Assembly: GCA_050618075.1 (NCBI GenBank)
Contig: JBNLVL010000004.1
Span: 461,587-525,586 of the forward strand
Source of the DNA: Myxococcota bacterium
GTDB taxonomy: Bacteria; Myxococcota_A; UBA9160; UBA4427
Direction: 5' to 3'
DNA length: 64,000 nucleotides
How positions within the stretch are numbered: the stretch's first letter is position 1; every line of letters starts with the position of its first letter. Shown here piece by piece: positions 26,538 through 37,297 of the stretch. The notes beneath the pieces were generated by a model. The model was given only the letters and a program-made list of their open reading frames with translations, was not told the origin of the DNA and did not search any database. The translations under genes were made by a program, and so were the position numbers.

Positions 26538-27662
26538 ATGAGCCGCCGCCGCTGCCTCGCCATGGTGCAGACCGGACCGGGCGCGCTCGAGCCCCGGGAC
26601 CTCCCGGTTCCCGAGATCGGCGACGACGACGCGCTGCTGCGAGTGGAGGCCTGCGGCATCTGCGGCAGCGACCACGAGCAGTTCTCGGGCGTGCTGCCGG
26701 TGCCCTACCCCCTGGTGCCCGGCCACGAGCCCCTGGGCATCGTGGAGGAGATCGGCGACTCCGCCGCCCGACGCTGGGGCGTGGACGTGGGCGACCGCAT
26801 CGCGGTGGAGACCATGCTCGGGTGCCGGTCCTGCGGCCGTTGCCTGGGAGGCGACTATCACCTCTGCTCCCGCCGGCGCATCTACTCCTACATTCCGCTC
26901 TCGGAGCCGCCGGGGCTGTGGGGCGCCTACGCCGAGTACATGTACCTGGCCCCGAACGCCGTGGTGCACAAGGTCGACCCTGACCTCCCCGCGGAGCTCG
27001 CGGTCCTGTTCAATCCGCTGGGCGCGGGCTTCCGCTGGGCGGTGGAGATCCCGAAGACACGCCCGGGCGACAGCGTCGTGATCCTGGGCCCGGGGCAGCG
27101 CGGGCTCGCCTCGGTGCTGGCCTGTCGCGAAGCCGGCGCGGGCGACGTCATCGTGACCGGTCTGGCCCAGGACGCGCGCAAGCTCGAGCTGGCGCGCCGC
27201 TTCGGCGCGACCCACACCATCGACGTCGACAACGAGGACCCGAAGCGGCGCATCCGCGAGCTCACCGACGGCCGCGGCGCCGACGTGGTGGTGGACGTGT
27301 CGGCCTACGCCACCCAGCCCGTGGCGGGCGCCCTCGACTACGTCGCCCAGGGCGGCACGGTGGTGCTCGCCGGCGTGAAGGGCATGAAGGCCGTTCCCGA
27401 CTTCGTCAGCGACAAGATCGTGCTGAAGGAGATCTCGATCCGCGGGGCCATCGGCGTCACGTACTCGGGCTACGCCTCCGCCATCCGGCTCATCGAGTCG
27501 GGTCGCAGCCCGATCGCCGAGATGCACACCCACGACTTCGACCTGACCGACGCCGAGCGCGCGATCCGCACCCTGGGCCGGGAGATCCCGGGCGAGGAGT
27601 CGATCCACTCGTGCCTGATCCCCGGGCACGACGGAAGAGCTCGAGAGGAGCGAACGCGTTGA
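26538..27662 (+). CDS. zinc-dependent medium-chain dehydrogenase/reductase (MDR)
   Basis: CGICGSDHE, GHEPLGIVEE, and the structural-zinc pattern C..C..C.......C (CRSCGRCLGGDYHLC). GAGGAG SD before ATG 26538. Confidence 0.9.
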   Translation: MSRRRCLAMVQTGPGALEPRDLPVPEIGDDDALLRVEACGICGSDHEQFSGVLPVPYPLVPGHEPLGIVEEIGDSAARRWGVDVGDRIAVETMLGCRSCGRCLGGDYHLCSRRRIYSYIPLSEPPGLWGAYAEYMYLAPNAVVHKVDPDLPAELAVLFNPLGAGFRWAVEIPKTRPGDSVVILGPGQRGLASVLACREAGAGDVIVTGLAQDARKLELARRFGATHTIDVDNEDPKRRIRELTDGRGADVVVDVSAYATQPVAGALDYVAQGGTVVLAGVKGMKAVPDFVSDKIVLKEISIRGAIGVTYSGYASAIRLIESGRSPIAEMHTHDFDLTDAERAIRTLGREIPGEESIHSCLIPGHDGRAREERTR

Positions 27663-28522
27663 CCGACTGGATCCGCCGCTGGGTCGAGGAGAGCCCGTTC
27701 GGCCGCGCCCTCGGCGTGCGCGCCGAGGCGGTCGACGGCGAGGCCGCGCGCCTGTCCCTGGTCTTCCGGCAGGACAACTCCAACGGCGACCAGGCGCTCC
27801 ACGGAGGAGTGGCCGCCTCGATGATCGATCTCGCGAGCCAGGCGGTCGCCCGTGGAGCGCTGGGAGCGGAGTCGGGGCCTTGGCACACGGTGGCGATCCA
27901 GGTGGGCTACCTGGCCGCGGCGCTCGGCGAGTCCATCACCTCGGAGGCCCGGCTCCTGCGCCGCGGCAAGGAGCTGGCCTACGCGGAGGTCGTGGTCACC
28001 GGCGAGTCGGGCCGCGAGGTCGCCCGCGGGCTCACCACGGTCCGCGGCCGCTTCGGCGACCCGGCGGCCCCGCTGCCCGACGCCCAGGGCGACGCGGGCG
28101 GGACCGACCGCGGCGCCATGGGGCCGTTCATCCACAAGGTCCCCTTCCACGGCAAGCTGGGCATCCGCGCGGAGCACATGGCGGGAGGCGTGGCGCGGCT
28201 GGTGATGCCCTTCCAGGAGGAGAACGCCGACGCGTCGGGCGGCGTCCACGAAGGCGCGATCCTGGGCCTGCTCGACACCACAGGCGCCATGGCCGGCTGG
28301 GCGGAGACCGGCCCCGGCCGCTTCAAGGCCTCGACGCCCGGTATCCAGGCGCGGTTCCTGGCGCCGCCGGATGCTGCGGACCTCGTCGGCTTCGGGAGGG
28401 TGCGCCTGCGCGACCGCGAGATGCTGTTCTCCGAGGTGGAGATCGCCCGGGCCGACGACCGCAGGCTGGTGGCCCAGGGCACCGTCAACTATCGCATCAT
28501 CACACCGGAGGCCGCGCGATGA
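27659..28522 (+). CDS. tandem hotdog-fold (PaaI-type) thioesterase
   Basis: Two PaaI-like halves: GDQALHGGVAASMIDLASQ and SGGVHEGAILGLLDTTGAM. TTG 27659 sits 8 nt after GAGAGGAG and overlaps the MDR stop. Confidence 0.75.
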   Translation: MTDWIRRWVEESPFGRALGVRAEAVDGEAARLSLVFRQDNSNGDQALHGGVAASMIDLASQAVARGALGAESGPWHTVAIQVGYLAAALGESITSEARLLRRGKELAYAEVVVTGESGREVARGLTTVRGRFGDPAAPLPDAQGDAGGTDRGAMGPFIHKVPFHGKLGIRAEHMAGGVARLVMPFQEENADASGGVHEGAILGLLDTTGAMAGWAETGPGRFKASTPGIQARFLAPPDAADLVGFGRVRLRDREMLFSEVEIARADDRRLVAQGTVNYRIITPEAAR

Positions 28523-29307
28523 GCGAGGTGCAGGAAACGGACGACGGTCTCTTCGACCTCAGCGGCAAGCTGGCCGTGGTGACCGGAGGCAGCCGGGGGC
28601 TGGGGCGGGAGATGGTCCTGGCCTTCGCCCGCCGGGGTGCCGACGTCGTCATCGCGAGCCGCAAGGCCGAGGCGTGCGAGAGGCTGGCCGAGGAGGTGGC
28701 CGACACCACCGGACGCAGGGCCCTGGGCGTCGGCTTCCACGCCGGCAGCTGGCAGGACAACGACCGCCTGGCCTCTACGGCCTACGAACACTTCGGGCGG
28801 GTGGACGTGCTGGTGAACAACGCCGGCATGTCCCCCCTCTACCCGTCGCTCGCCGAGGTGACCGAGGAGCTCTTCGACAAGGTGCAGGCGGTGAACCTCA
28901 AGGGGCCCTTCCGCCTCTCGTCGCTGGTGGGTTCGCGCATGGCGCGGCAGGACGGGGGCTCCATCATCAACGTGAGCAGCATCGCCGCGGTGCAGCCGAC
29001 CCCGATCGAGGTGCCCTACGGCGTCGCCAAGGCCGGGCTCAACAGCCTGACCCTGGCACTGGCTCGCGCCTTCGCGCCGCGGGTCCGGGTCAACTGCATC
29101 ATGCCCGGCCCCTTCCTCACCGACATCAGCAAGGCCTGGGACATGGAGTCCTTCGAGGCGAACGCCCGGCGCGGCATCCCGCTCCAGCGAGGAGGCCGCC
29201 CGGACGAGATCGTCGGGACGGCGCTGTACCTGGCGAGCGACGCCTCGAGCTACACTACCGGCGCGATCATCAAGGTGGACGGCGGCGCGGTGTACGCTCC
29301 CGCCTGA
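28519..29307 (+). CDS. SDR family oxidoreductase
   Basis: ATG 28519 (ATGA overlap). AVVTGGSRGLG, NNAG, YGVAK. Confidence 0.9.
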   Translation: MSEVQETDDGLFDLSGKLAVVTGGSRGLGREMVLAFARRGADVVIASRKAEACERLAEEVADTTGRRALGVGFHAGSWQDNDRLASTAYEHFGRVDVLVNNAGMSPLYPSLAEVTEELFDKVQAVNLKGPFRLSSLVGSRMARQDGGSIINVSSIAAVQPTPIEVPYGVAKAGLNSLTLALARAFAPRVRVNCIMPGPFLTDISKAWDMESFEANARRGIPLQRGGRPDEIVGTALYLASDASSYTTGAIIKVDGGAVYAPA

Positions 29308-29317
29308 GACCCCCGCC

Positions 29318-32300
29318 CTACCAGGTGTCGATGCAGGGCCGCTTCCTGCCGCCGCCACGAGGCGTGGGGGGCACCGAACGCAGCGCCCCGGTGATCCAGC
29401 GCCGCGTGTCCGCCGGGTCGATGACGTCGTCGATCTCGAAGTGGGAGGCGGTGTTGACGGCCTTCCCGTGGGCGTACATGCGATCGACCATCTCCTGGAA
29501 GAGCGCCCTGCGCTCGGCCGGGTCCTCGATGGCTGCCAGCTCCTTGCGGTAGCCGAGCTTCACCGCGCCCTCGAGCCCCATGCCGCCGAACTCTCCGGTG
29601 GGCCAGGCCACCGTGAAGAAGGGCGCCTTGAAGCTGCCGCCGGCCATGGCCTGGGCGCCCAGCCCGTAGCCCTTGCGCAGGATGACCGTGAAGAACGGCA
29701 CGTCGAGGCTCGCGCCGGTCACGAACATGCGCGCCGCGTGGCGCACCAGGGCCGTCTTCTCGCTCTCGGGTCCGACCATGATGCCCGGGGTGTCGCACAG
29801 GAAGACCAGGGGCAGGCCGAAGGCGTCGCAGAGCTGCATGAAGCGCGCGGCCTTGTCGGCTCCCTCGCTGTCGATGGCGCCGGCCAGGTGCACGGGGTTG
29901 TTCGCGACGATGCCCACCGGGCGGCCTTCGATGCGCGCCAGGGCCGTGACCATGCCCGGACCGAAGCTGCGGCGCAGCTCCAGCACCGAGCCCGTGTCGG
30001 CCAGCCCGTCGATCACCCGGCGCACGTCGTACACCCGGAGACGGTTCTCGGGAATCGCGCTGCGCAGGATCCGCTGGTCCCGGCAGTCCCAGTCGGCGAG
30101 GGGGCCCTGGAAGTAGGAGAGGTACTGCCGGGCTGCGGCCACCGCGGCGGCCTCGTCCTCCACGGCGACGTCGACGACACCGTTGGGCACCTGGACCGAC
30201 ATGGGGCCCACGTCGTCGGGACGGAAGACCCCGAGCCCCCCGCCCTCGATCATGGCCGGCCCGCCCATGCCGATGTTGGAGTCCTCGGTGGCGATCACCA
30301 CGTCGCAGCAGCCGAGCAGCGCCGCGTTGCCGGCGAAGCAGCGGCCCGAGTTGATGCCGACCAGCGGCACCAGCCCGGAAAGCCGGCCGAAGAGGTGGAA
30401 GGCCATGCAGTCGAGGCCCGCGACGCCCAGGCCGTCGGTGTCGCCGGGGCGGCCTCCCCCGCCCTCGGTGAAGAAGACGACGGGCAGCCGCCAGCGCTCG
30501 GCCAGCTCGAACAGGCGGTCCTTCTTGCGGTGGTTCTGCTGCCCCTGGGTTCCGGCCAGCACCGTGTAGTCGTAGGACAGGACCACGCAGCGGGCGTCGG
30601 CGTCGGGGAAGCGGTCGCCGTTCACCCGTCCGATGCCCGCCAGCATGCCGTCGGCGGGGGTGCGCTCCACCAGGTCCTCCACCGAGCGCCGCCGGCGCTG
30701 GGCGGCGATCACCAGGGGCCCGTACTCGACGAAGCTGTCGGGATCGCACAGGTCGTCGACGTTCTCCCGGGCCGTGCGTTGCCCGGTCGCGCGGCGCCTG
30801 GCCACGGCGTCGGGCCGTGCGGCGTCGAGGCCCCGCGCGTGGCGCGCCTGCACCTCGGCGAGGTCCGGGCGGACGGCTTCGAGGTCGGGCGGGGCCTCGC
30901 GCTCGCGATCGGCCTGGCCGGCCTCCGTGGGCTCGATCCACACGAGGACCGTCCCCTCGGCCACCGTCGCGCCGACCCGCGCCTCGATGGAGCGCACCAC
31001 CCCGGGCCCGGGGGCCTCGATCACGTGCTCCATCTTCATGGCTTCCATCACCAGGAGCGCCTGCCCCGTGCGCACCCGGTCGCCCACCGCGGCGTCCACC
31101 ACGACCACGCTTCCCTGGAGCGGCGCGCGCACCGCGGCCACGCCGTCCGACGCGGCGGCGGGCCCGCCGCTGCGCGAGGGTCCCTGCTTTCCGTGGTCGA
31201 GGACGGCCAGGGGGTCGACTGCGTCGACGACGGCGCCCGCAGCTCCCGGAGCGGCTGGCTCGGGCTCGGCGGGGGCGTCGGGGCGGGCCTGGGACTCGTC
31301 GTCGAGGGCCGCGGTCGCGAGGGCGGCGCCGTGCTCTTCCACGAAGCGGGTGGTGGCGCGTCCGGCGACGACCTCCGGGTGGCGCAGCAGCGCGCGCAGG
31401 AACGCCGCGTTCGTGCCGACGCCCTCGATCCTCAGCTCGCCGAGCGCGCGCCCGGCCTTGCGCAGGGCCGACGGCCAGTCGGCCCGGGTCGAGTGGACGA
31501 TCAGCTTGGCCAGCAGCGAGTCGAAGCGGGGGCTCGTTGCGTATCCCACGTAGCCGTAGGTGTCGACGCGCACGCCGGGTCCGCTCGGCAGCTCGAAGAC
31601 GGAGAGGGTTCCGCCGGCGGGCCGCACCTGCCCCTTCGCCGTCATCTTCTCCATGTTCACGCGCACCTGGATCGCGCACCCCCTGGGCTCGGGGACGGCC
31701 TCGGGAGCCAGGCCCAGGTCGGCCAGGGAGTCGCCGCGGGCGAGCCGGAGCTGGATCTGGACCAGGTCGAAGCCCGTCACCTCCTCGGTGACCGTGTGCT
31801 CGACCTGCAGCCGCGGATTGGCCTCGATGAACACGAACTCGGGGTCGGGCGCCTGGGGAACGGCTGCGTCCACCAGGAACTCGAAGGTGCCCAGGCTGCG
31901 GTAGCGGACCTCCTTCGCCATCCGGAGCGCCGCGCCGAGGATGCGCTCGCGCACGGCCGACGGCAGCCCCGGCGCCGGCGCCACCTCCACCAGCTTCTGG
32001 TGGCGGCGCTGGAGCGTGCACTCCCGCTCCCAGAGATGGAGCACGCGCCCGGACCCGTCGCCGACGACCTGCACCTCGACGTGGCGGACCCGCGGCCACC
32101 AGCGCTCGGCGTAGACCTGGTCGTTGCCGAAGAAGGCCTGCGCCTCGCGCCGGCAGCCGTCGAAGGCGGCGTCGAGCGCCGCCGGGTCCTCGACCACGCG
32201 CAGGCCCCGACCTCCCCCGCCGGCCACCGCCTTCAACGCGATCGAGGCCCCGCGGCCGAGGGACTCGAGAAAGGCCCGCGCCTGCGCCGGCGTCGCGGGG

Positions 32301-32707
32301 CCGGGCGTCCCGGCCAGCACGGGCACGGCGCAGCGCCCGGCGAGCTCGCGGGCCCGGGTCTTGTCGCCGAACAGCTCGAGGGCCTCGGGATCGGGGCCGA
32401 CGAAGCCGATCCCCGCGGCCGCGCAGGCCCGGGCCAGCTCCGGGCTCTCGCTGAGGAAGCCGTAGCCGGGGTGGAGCAGGTCGCAGCCCCCCTGCCGGGC
32501 CGCCGCGACGATCGCCTCCACGTCGAGGTAGCCGCGCGCCCCCTCGCCGGGAAGCAGCACCGAGGCGTCGGCCCTGCGCGTGTGGAGGCAGGCCGCGTCG
32601 TCCCGGGTGTGGACCGCGACGCTCTGCCAGCCCAGCTCGGCTGCGGCGCGCATCACCCGGATGGCGATCTCGCCCCGGTTGGCGACGAGCAGGCGAGGCG
32701 AGCTCAT
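29318..32707 (-). CDS. single-chain acyl-CoA carboxylase (biotin carboxylase - BCCP - carboxyltransferase fusion, LCC-type)
   Basis: 1129 aa from ATG 32707. BC N-terminus MSSPRLLVANRGEIAIRV, ATP-grasp region, biotinylation motif MEAMKMEH, then an acyl-CoA carboxylase beta-type CT domain (VFFTEGGGGRPGD..., GVVANNPVHLAGAID). Confidence 0.9.
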   Translation of the reverse strand: MSSPRLLVANRGEIAIRVMRAAAELGWQSVAVHTRDDAACLHTRRADASVLLPGEGARGYLDVEAIVAAARQGGCDLLHPGYGFLSESPELARACAAAGIGFVGPDPEALELFGDKTRARELAGRCAVPVLAGTPGPATPAQARAFLESLGRGASIALKAVAGGGGRGLRVVEDPAALDAAFDGCRREAQAFFGNDQVYAERWWPRVRHVEVQVVGDGSGRVLHLWERECTLQRRHQKLVEVAPAPGLPSAVRERILGAALRMAKEVRYRSLGTFEFLVDAAVPQAPDPEFVFIEANPRLQVEHTVTEEVTGFDLVQIQLRLARGDSLADLGLAPEAVPEPRGCAIQVRVNMEKMTAKGQVRPAGGTLSVFELPSGPGVRVDTYGYVGYATSPRFDSLLAKLIVHSTRADWPSALRKAGRALGELRIEGVGTNAAFLRALLRHPEVVAGRATTRFVEEHGAALATAALDDESQARPDAPAEPEPAAPGAAGAVVDAVDPLAVLDHGKQGPSRSGGPAAASDGVAAVRAPLQGSVVVVDAAVGDRVRTGQALLVMEAMKMEHVIEAPGPGVVRSIEARVGATVAEGTVLVWIEPTEAGQADREREAPPDLEAVRPDLAEVQARHARGLDAARPDAVARRRATGQRTARENVDDLCDPDSFVEYGPLVIAAQRRRRSVEDLVERTPADGMLAGIGRVNGDRFPDADARCVVLSYDYTVLAGTQGQQNHRKKDRLFELAERWRLPVVFFTEGGGGRPGDTDGLGVAGLDCMAFHLFGRLSGLVPLVGINSGRCFAGNAALLGCCDVVIATEDSNIGMGGPAMIEGGGLGVFRPDDVGPMSVQVPNGVVDVAVEDEAAAVAAARQYLSYFQGPLADWDCRDQRILRSAIPENRLRVYDVRRVIDGLADTGSVLELRRSFGPGMVTALARIEGRPVGIVANNPVHLAGAIDSEGADKAARFMQLCDAFGLPLVFLCDTPGIMVGPESEKTALVRHAARMFVTGASLDVPFFTVILRKGYGLGAQAMAGGSFKAPFFTVAWPTGEFGGMGLEGAVKLGYRKELAAIEDPAERRALFQEMVDRMYAHGKAVNTASHFEIDDVIDPADTRRWITGALRSVPPTPRGGGRKRPCIDTW

Positions 32708-32735
32708 GGCGGTGAGTGCGGGCGCGGGCCCCGGC

Positions 32736-32927
32736 TCAGGAGCCGGCCGCCCCGGCGTCCCGCTGCTTGCGCAGCTCGCAGTTGCGCGCGGCCACCGGGC
32801 TGCAGGAGCAGTCCTGCCCGGTGCCGCCGCAGCTGCCGCGCAGACGGCGTCCCTGGACCATGGCACCCAGGGACATGGCCAGGACGGTCAGGCCGACGAC
32901 GACCAGGGCGGCGAGGAAGGTGGTCAT
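32736..32927 (-). CDS. nqrM: (Na+)-NQR maturation factor NqrM
   Basis: 63 aa. One TM helix followed by LRGSCGGTGQDCSCS Cys motif. Positioned after apbE, as in nqr operons. Confidence 0.75.
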   Translation of the reverse strand: MTTFLAALVVVGLTVLAMSLGAMVQGRRLRGSCGGTGQDCSCSPVAARNCELRKQRDAGAAGS

Positions 32928-32936
32928 GGCTCGATT

Positions 32937-34043
32937 CTACCCCCCCTCGCCCGGACTGCCGAGCGCCGGCCCCCGGAGCGCGGGAAACCCGGAGGTGGCC
33001 CGGGCCTCGAAGCGCTCCGGGCCGGTGCGGACCAGGAAATAGGCCGCCAGCCCCCGGGACTCCGCCAGCTCCAGGCCCTCGTCGGGGCCGAGGACCGTGA
33101 GGGCCGTGGCCCAGGCGTCGGCCAGCACCGCCTCGGGGTGGATGACGCTCACGGAGGCCACCCGGTGGGTCACCGGGCGTCCGCTGCGGGGGTCGACGAT
33201 GTGGCTGCGCCGCTCCCCGTCCACCTCGTAGAAGTTCCGGTAGTCGCCGGAGGTGGCCATCGCGAGATCGCTGAGCGGGACCACGCCCTGCACCACCCGG
33301 CCGGGGTCGTCGCCGGGGCGTTCGATGCCCACCTGCCAGGGGCCGCCGCCGGGGCGCTCCCCGCGCACCCGGATCTCGCCGCCCACCTCCACCAGGTAGT
33401 CGGTCCAGCCCCGGGCCTCGAGAGCGCCCGCCACGGCGTCCACCCCATAGCCCTTGGCGATGGCCGACAGATCGCAGCGCAGGTCCGGTCGGGCCTTGCG
33501 GATCGTCCGCCCCTCGCCGTCCAGCTCCAGCAGGCGGTAGCCCACGCGCCCGCGGATCGCGGCGAGCTCGGCCGCGTCCGGGGCCTGGCCCGGGGTCCGC
33601 GCCCCCGCGCCGAAGCCCCAGGCCGCGACCAGCGGGCCGACGGTGACGTCGAAGGCGCCGCCGGTCTGCAGGGAGACCTCCTGGGCCAGCGCGAAGACCC
33701 GGAGCGTCTCCGGCGACAGCGGGAAGGGCGTGGGCTCCGCGTGGGCGTTCAGCCGGGAGAGCTCGGAATCCGGGTCCCAGGTGGACATGAGCGCGTTGAC
33801 CGAGGCGAGCCGCTCGCGGATCGCCTGCCGCGCCTCGGTGAGGTCGTTCCGGGTATGCCCCCGGCCCTGGAGCACCACGGACCAGGTGGTGCCCATGGTG
33901 GGTCCGGCCAGCGTCACCCGGTCGGGCAGGCTGAACCACAGCTGGTGGACCGCCAGGGCGACCAGCGCGACGAGGAAGACCGGGAGCAGCGCCCGGGCGC
34001 GGGGCGTGAGGATCTCCGGGCGGCCGCTACCCGCCGAAGTCAT
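32937..34043 (-). CDS. apbE: FAD:protein FMN transferase ApbE
   Basis: 368 aa. [37 protein letters not shown] blocks. 17-nt overlap with the nqrF end. Confidence 0.9.
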   Translation of the reverse strand: MTSAGSGRPEILTPRARALLPVFLVALVALAVHQLWFSLPDRVTLAGPTMGTTWSVVLQGRGHTRNDLTEARQAIRERLASVNALMSTWDPDSELSRLNAHAEPTPFPLSPETLRVFALAQEVSLQTGGAFDVTVGPLVAAWGFGAGARTPGQAPDAAELAAIRGRVGYRLLELDGEGRTIRKARPDLRCDLSAIAKGYGVDAVAGALEARGWTDYLVEVGGEIRVRGERPGGGPWQVGIERPGDDPGRVVQGVVPLSDLAMATSGDYRNFYEVDGERRSHIVDPRSGRPVTHRVASVSVIHPEAVLADAWATALTVLGPDEGLELAESRGLAAYFLVRTGPERFEARATSGFPALRGPALGSPGEGG

Positions 34044-35253
34044 CGAATGCGATGTTCTCGGGCTCCACGCCGAGGTCGTCGAGCATCTTCTTGCAGGCGT
34101 CGATCATCATCGGCGGACCGCACAGGTAGTACTCGATGTCCTCGGGCGCCGGGTGGTCCTTCAGGTAGTTGTCGTAGAGCACCTGATGGATGAAGCCGGT
34201 GAGGCCGGTCCAGTTGTCCTCGGGCAGGGGCTCCGAGAGCGCGAGGTACCAGTTGAAGTTCTCGTTCTCCCGGTCGATGGCGTCGAAATCCTCGACGTAG
34301 AACGCCTCCCGCAACGAGCGGGCGCCGTACCAGAACGTGACCTTGCGGTCGGTGTGGATGCGCCGGAACTGGTCGAAGATGTGGCTGCGCATGGGGGCCA
34401 TGCCCGCACCGCCGCCGATGAAGCACATCTCGTTGTCGGTGTCCTTGGCGAAGAACTCGCCGAAGGGGCCGGAGATCACGACCTCGTCGCCGGGCTTCAG
34501 GTCGAAGATCCACGACGACATCTGGCCGGGCGGGAGGTCGGGCTGGCGCGGCGGGGGCGAGGCGATCCGGACGTTCAGCATGATGACGTCCTTCTCCTCG
34601 GGGTAGTTCGCCATGGAGTAGGCGCGCACCACCGGCTCGTCCACCTTCGAGACGAAGCGCCACATGTCGAGCTTGTCCCAGTCCTCGCGGTACTCGTCCT
34701 CGACGATGAAGTCCTTGTAGTTCGCGACGTGGGGCGGGCACTCGATCTGGATGTAGCCCCCGGCCCGGAAGGGGACCTCTTCGCCCGCGGGCAGCTCGAG
34801 GATGAGCTCCTTGATGAAGGTCGCCACGTTGTGGTTGGAGCGCACGCGGCAGGTCCAGCGCCGCACGTCGAACACCTCGGGCGGCAGCTCGATCTCGAGG
34901 TCCTCCTTCACCTTCACCTGGCAGGCCAGGCGCATGCCGTCCCGCGCCTCCTTGGGGGTGATGTGGGAGACCTCGGTGGGCAGCAGCGCCCCGCCGCCCG
35001 ACTCGACCCGGCAGCGGCAGACGCCGCAGGTGCCCTTCCCGCCGCAGGCCGAGGGGATGAAGATGCCGTTGCTGGCCAGGGTGTTGAGGAGGGTTCCGCC
35101 GGCCGCCACCTCCAGCGACTTCTCGTCGTCGTGGTTGATGCCGATCTTCACCTTGCCGCCGGGGCTGAGCTTCGCCTTCACCGCGAGCAGGAGGACCGTC
35201 AGCACCACGATGGTGACGGTGAAGCCGAGCATCCCGAAGAGGATCGTGTTCAC
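34027..35253 (-). CDS. nqrF: Na+-translocating NADH:quinone oxidoreductase subunit F
   Basis: 408 aa. N-terminal TM, 2Fe-2[13 protein letters not shown], and FNR-like FAD/NADH domain ([20 protein letters not shown]). Confidence 0.95.
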   Translation of the reverse strand: MNTILFGMLGFTVTIVVLTVLLLAVKAKLSPGGKVKIGINHDDEKSLEVAAGGTLLNTLASNGIFIPSACGGKGTCGVCRCRVESGGGALLPTEVSHITPKEARDGMRLACQVKVKEDLEIELPPEVFDVRRWTCRVRSNHNVATFIKELILELPAGEEVPFRAGGYIQIECPPHVANYKDFIVEDEYREDWDKLDMWRFVSKVDEPVVRAYSMANYPEEKDVIMLNVRIASPPPRQPDLPPGQMSSWIFDLKPGDEVVISGPFGEFFAKDTDNEMCFIGGGAGMAPMRSHIFDQFRRIHTDRKVTFWYGARSLREAFYVEDFDAIDRENENFNWYLALSEPLPEDNWTGLTGFIHQVLYDNYLKDHPAPEDIEYYLCGPPMMIDACKKMLDDLGVEPENIAFDDFGG

Positions 35254-35281
35254 GAAGCAGGTTCCTTCGCGCCTGTCGCGC

Positions 35282-35896
35282 TCAGAGCTGGATGCCGGAG
35301 AAGGCCATGAACGCGATGGCCATCAGACCGACGGTGATGAAGGTGATGCCCAGCCCGCGCAGCGGCGGCGGCACGTCGCTGTAGCGGACCCGCTCGCGGA
35401 TCGCCGCCAGGGCCACGATGGCCAGCGCAAAGCCGAGGCCGGAGCCCGTTCCGAAGACCGCGGCCTCACCGAAGGTGTAGTCGCGGTTCACCATGAAGAG
35501 CGAGCCCCCCAGGATCGCGCAGTTCACCGCGATCAGCGGCAGGAACACGCCCAGCGAGCCGTACAGCGCCGGGGCGTAGCGGTCGATCACCATCTCGACC
35601 ACCTGCACCACGGCGGCGATCGTGCCGATGAGGACCAGGTAGCTGAGGAACGAGAGGTCCACGCTGGCGCCGCCGGGCAGCCAGGACAGCGCGCCCTCCT
35701 CCAGGACGTTCGCGTACAGCCACTGGTTCAGCGGGCAGGTGACCGCCAGCACGAAGACGACGGCGAGCCCCAGCCCCACGGATGTCTCGACCTTCCGGGA
35801 GATGGCCAGGAAGGAGCACATCCCCAGAAAGAAGGCCAGAGCCATGTTCTCAACGAAGATCGCCTTCGTAGCCAGGCTCAAGTAGTGCTCCAACAT
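35282..35896 (-). CDS. nqrE: Na+-NQR subunit E
   Basis: [31 protein letters not shown] is near-identical in pattern to known NqrE N-termini. GGAGGAGG SD. Confidence 0.95.
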   Translation of the reverse strand: MLEHYLSLATKAIFVENMALAFFLGMCSFLAISRKVETSVGLGLAVVFVLAVTCPLNQWLYANVLEEGALSWLPGGASVDLSFLSYLVLIGTIAAVVQVVEMVIDRYAPALYGSLGVFLPLIAVNCAILGGSLFMVNRDYTFGEAAVFGTGSGLGFALAIVALAAIRERVRYSDVPPPLRGLGITFITVGLMAIAFMAFSGIQL

Positions 35897-36518
35897 GGAA
35901 CTCCTCCTCCACCTGATCGGGCTTCCAGGCGCGCACCGCCCAGATGAAGCAGCCGATCAGCAGGAATGCTGCAGGGGCCAGGACCATCAGACCGTTCGGG
36001 ACGTACCAGCCCCCTTCGGAAACCGTGGGCAGGATGCTGAAACCGAGCAGTCGCCCGCTCCCGAAGAGCTCGCGGAACGCGGCGACCAGGACCAGCACCA
36101 GGCCGTAGCCGCCGGCGTTGCCCACGGCGTCCAGGAAGCTCATCCAGGGGCCGTTCTGCATGGCGAAGGCCTCGCAGCGCCCCATGATGATGCAGTTGGT
36201 GATGATGAGTCCGACGAAGACCGAGAGCTGCAGGCTGATGTCGTACAGGAAGGCCTGCAGGAACTGGTCGGCCACCATCACCATCGACGCGATGATCGTG
36301 AGCTGGGTGATGATGCGGACGCTGCCCGGGATCTGGTTGCGCAGGATGCTCACCGCCACGGTGGAGGTGACCAGCACGAAGAGCACCGCGAGGGTCATCA
36401 CGACCGCGGTCTCGAGCTTGGTGGTGACCGCCAGCGCCGAGCAGATGCCCAGCACCTGGAGACCGATGGGGTTGTTGTCGATGAGGGGGTCCAGCAGGAC
36501 CTCGCGGGGCTTGCTCAT
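35850..36518 (-). CDS. nqrD: Na+-NQR subunit D
   Basis: [31 protein letters not shown] overlap with the nqrC stop. The 3' end overlaps nqrE by 47 nt. Confidence 0.95.
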   Translation of the reverse strand: MSKPREVLLDPLIDNNPIGLQVLGICSALAVTTKLETAVVMTLAVLFVLVTSTVAVSILRNQIPGSVRIITQLTIIASMVMVADQFLQAFLYDISLQLSVFVGLIITNCIIMGRCEAFAMQNGPWMSFLDAVGNAGGYGLVLVLVAAFRELFGSGRLLGFSILPTVSEGGWYVPNGLMVLAPAAFLLIGCFIWAVRAWKPDQVEEEFHVGALLEPGYEGDLR

Positions 36519-37297
36519 CAGATTCCCTTCGACTTTCGGTACTGATCGAGATAGGCGGCGAAGCCGTCTTCACCGAGCCAGAATCGGATCATGTTGGTCA
36601 CGCCGTTGGACGTGAGGGTCGCGCCGGAGAGGCCGTCCACCCGATAGGGATCTTCTTCGACGGAGCCGGCCATGCCCTTGGCCACCTTCAGCGCGATGTC
36701 GCCGGACTCGTCGTAGACCTTCCGGCCGGGCCACTTCGCCTTCCAGCGCGGGTTGTCGACCTCGCCGCCCAGGCCGGCGGTCTCACCGTGCTGGTAGTAG
36801 GTGATGCCGCGGACCGTCCGGCCGTCGGCCTCCAGGGCGAGGAACCCGTAGAGGGTCGACCACAGCCCGTAGCCCTCGATGGGGAGGATGATGCCCTTGA
36901 CCTCCTCGCCCTCGCTGAGCAGGAAGATCTGCGCCTTCTCGGGCACCCGCCGCACCTTCGCCGGGTTCTCCGGCGCGGGCTTCGACTGCGCCGGGTCGGT
37001 GGAGGCCTTGCGCTGGTCGTAGGCCATGGCGTCGTCGGTCTCGACGTAGGCGCCCGTCTCGAGGTCGACCAGCCGCGGCTCGAGCCGGGTCTCGAAGCGG
37101 CGGTTCAGCTCGTCGCGCGTCAGGTTCTCGCCCGGCTCCATGAGGCCCGCGACCGTGAGCACGTTCTTGATCTTGTCGAGCCGCTTGTTCTCGACCTGAC
37201 GGTCCTTGAGCGCCACCGACACCGTGGACACGATGAGCGAGAACGCGACGCAGAGGACCGTCGTGAAGATGACCGTGTGGCGGGTACTATGCTCCAA
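36518..37297 (-). CDS. nqrC: Na+-NQR subunit C
   Basis: FMN-attachment motif [11 protein letters not shown] with an N-terminal TM. I favour TTG 37297 (GGAGG upstream, 11-nt overlap with nqrB). ATG 37336 is the alternative. Confidence 0.9.
   Translation of the reverse strand: MEHSTRHTVIFTTVLCVAFSLIVSTVSVALKDRQVENKRLDKIKNVLTVAGLMEPGENLTRDELNRRFETRLEPRLVDLETGAYVETDDAMAYDQRKASTDPAQSKPAPENPAKVRRVPEKAQIFLLSEGEEVKGIILPIEGYGLWSTLYGFLALEADGRTVRGITYYQHGETAGLGGEVDNPRWKAKWPGRKVYDESGDIALKVAKGMAGSVEEDPYRVDGLSGATLTSNGVTNMIRFWLGEDGFAAYLDQYRKSKGI

Noticed and set aside
29441-33100. 1219-aa + strand ORF
   Set aside because: It is antisense to the single-chain carboxylase, nqrM and apbE. It is a low-complexity Gly/Arg/Ala/Pro sequence with no motifs.
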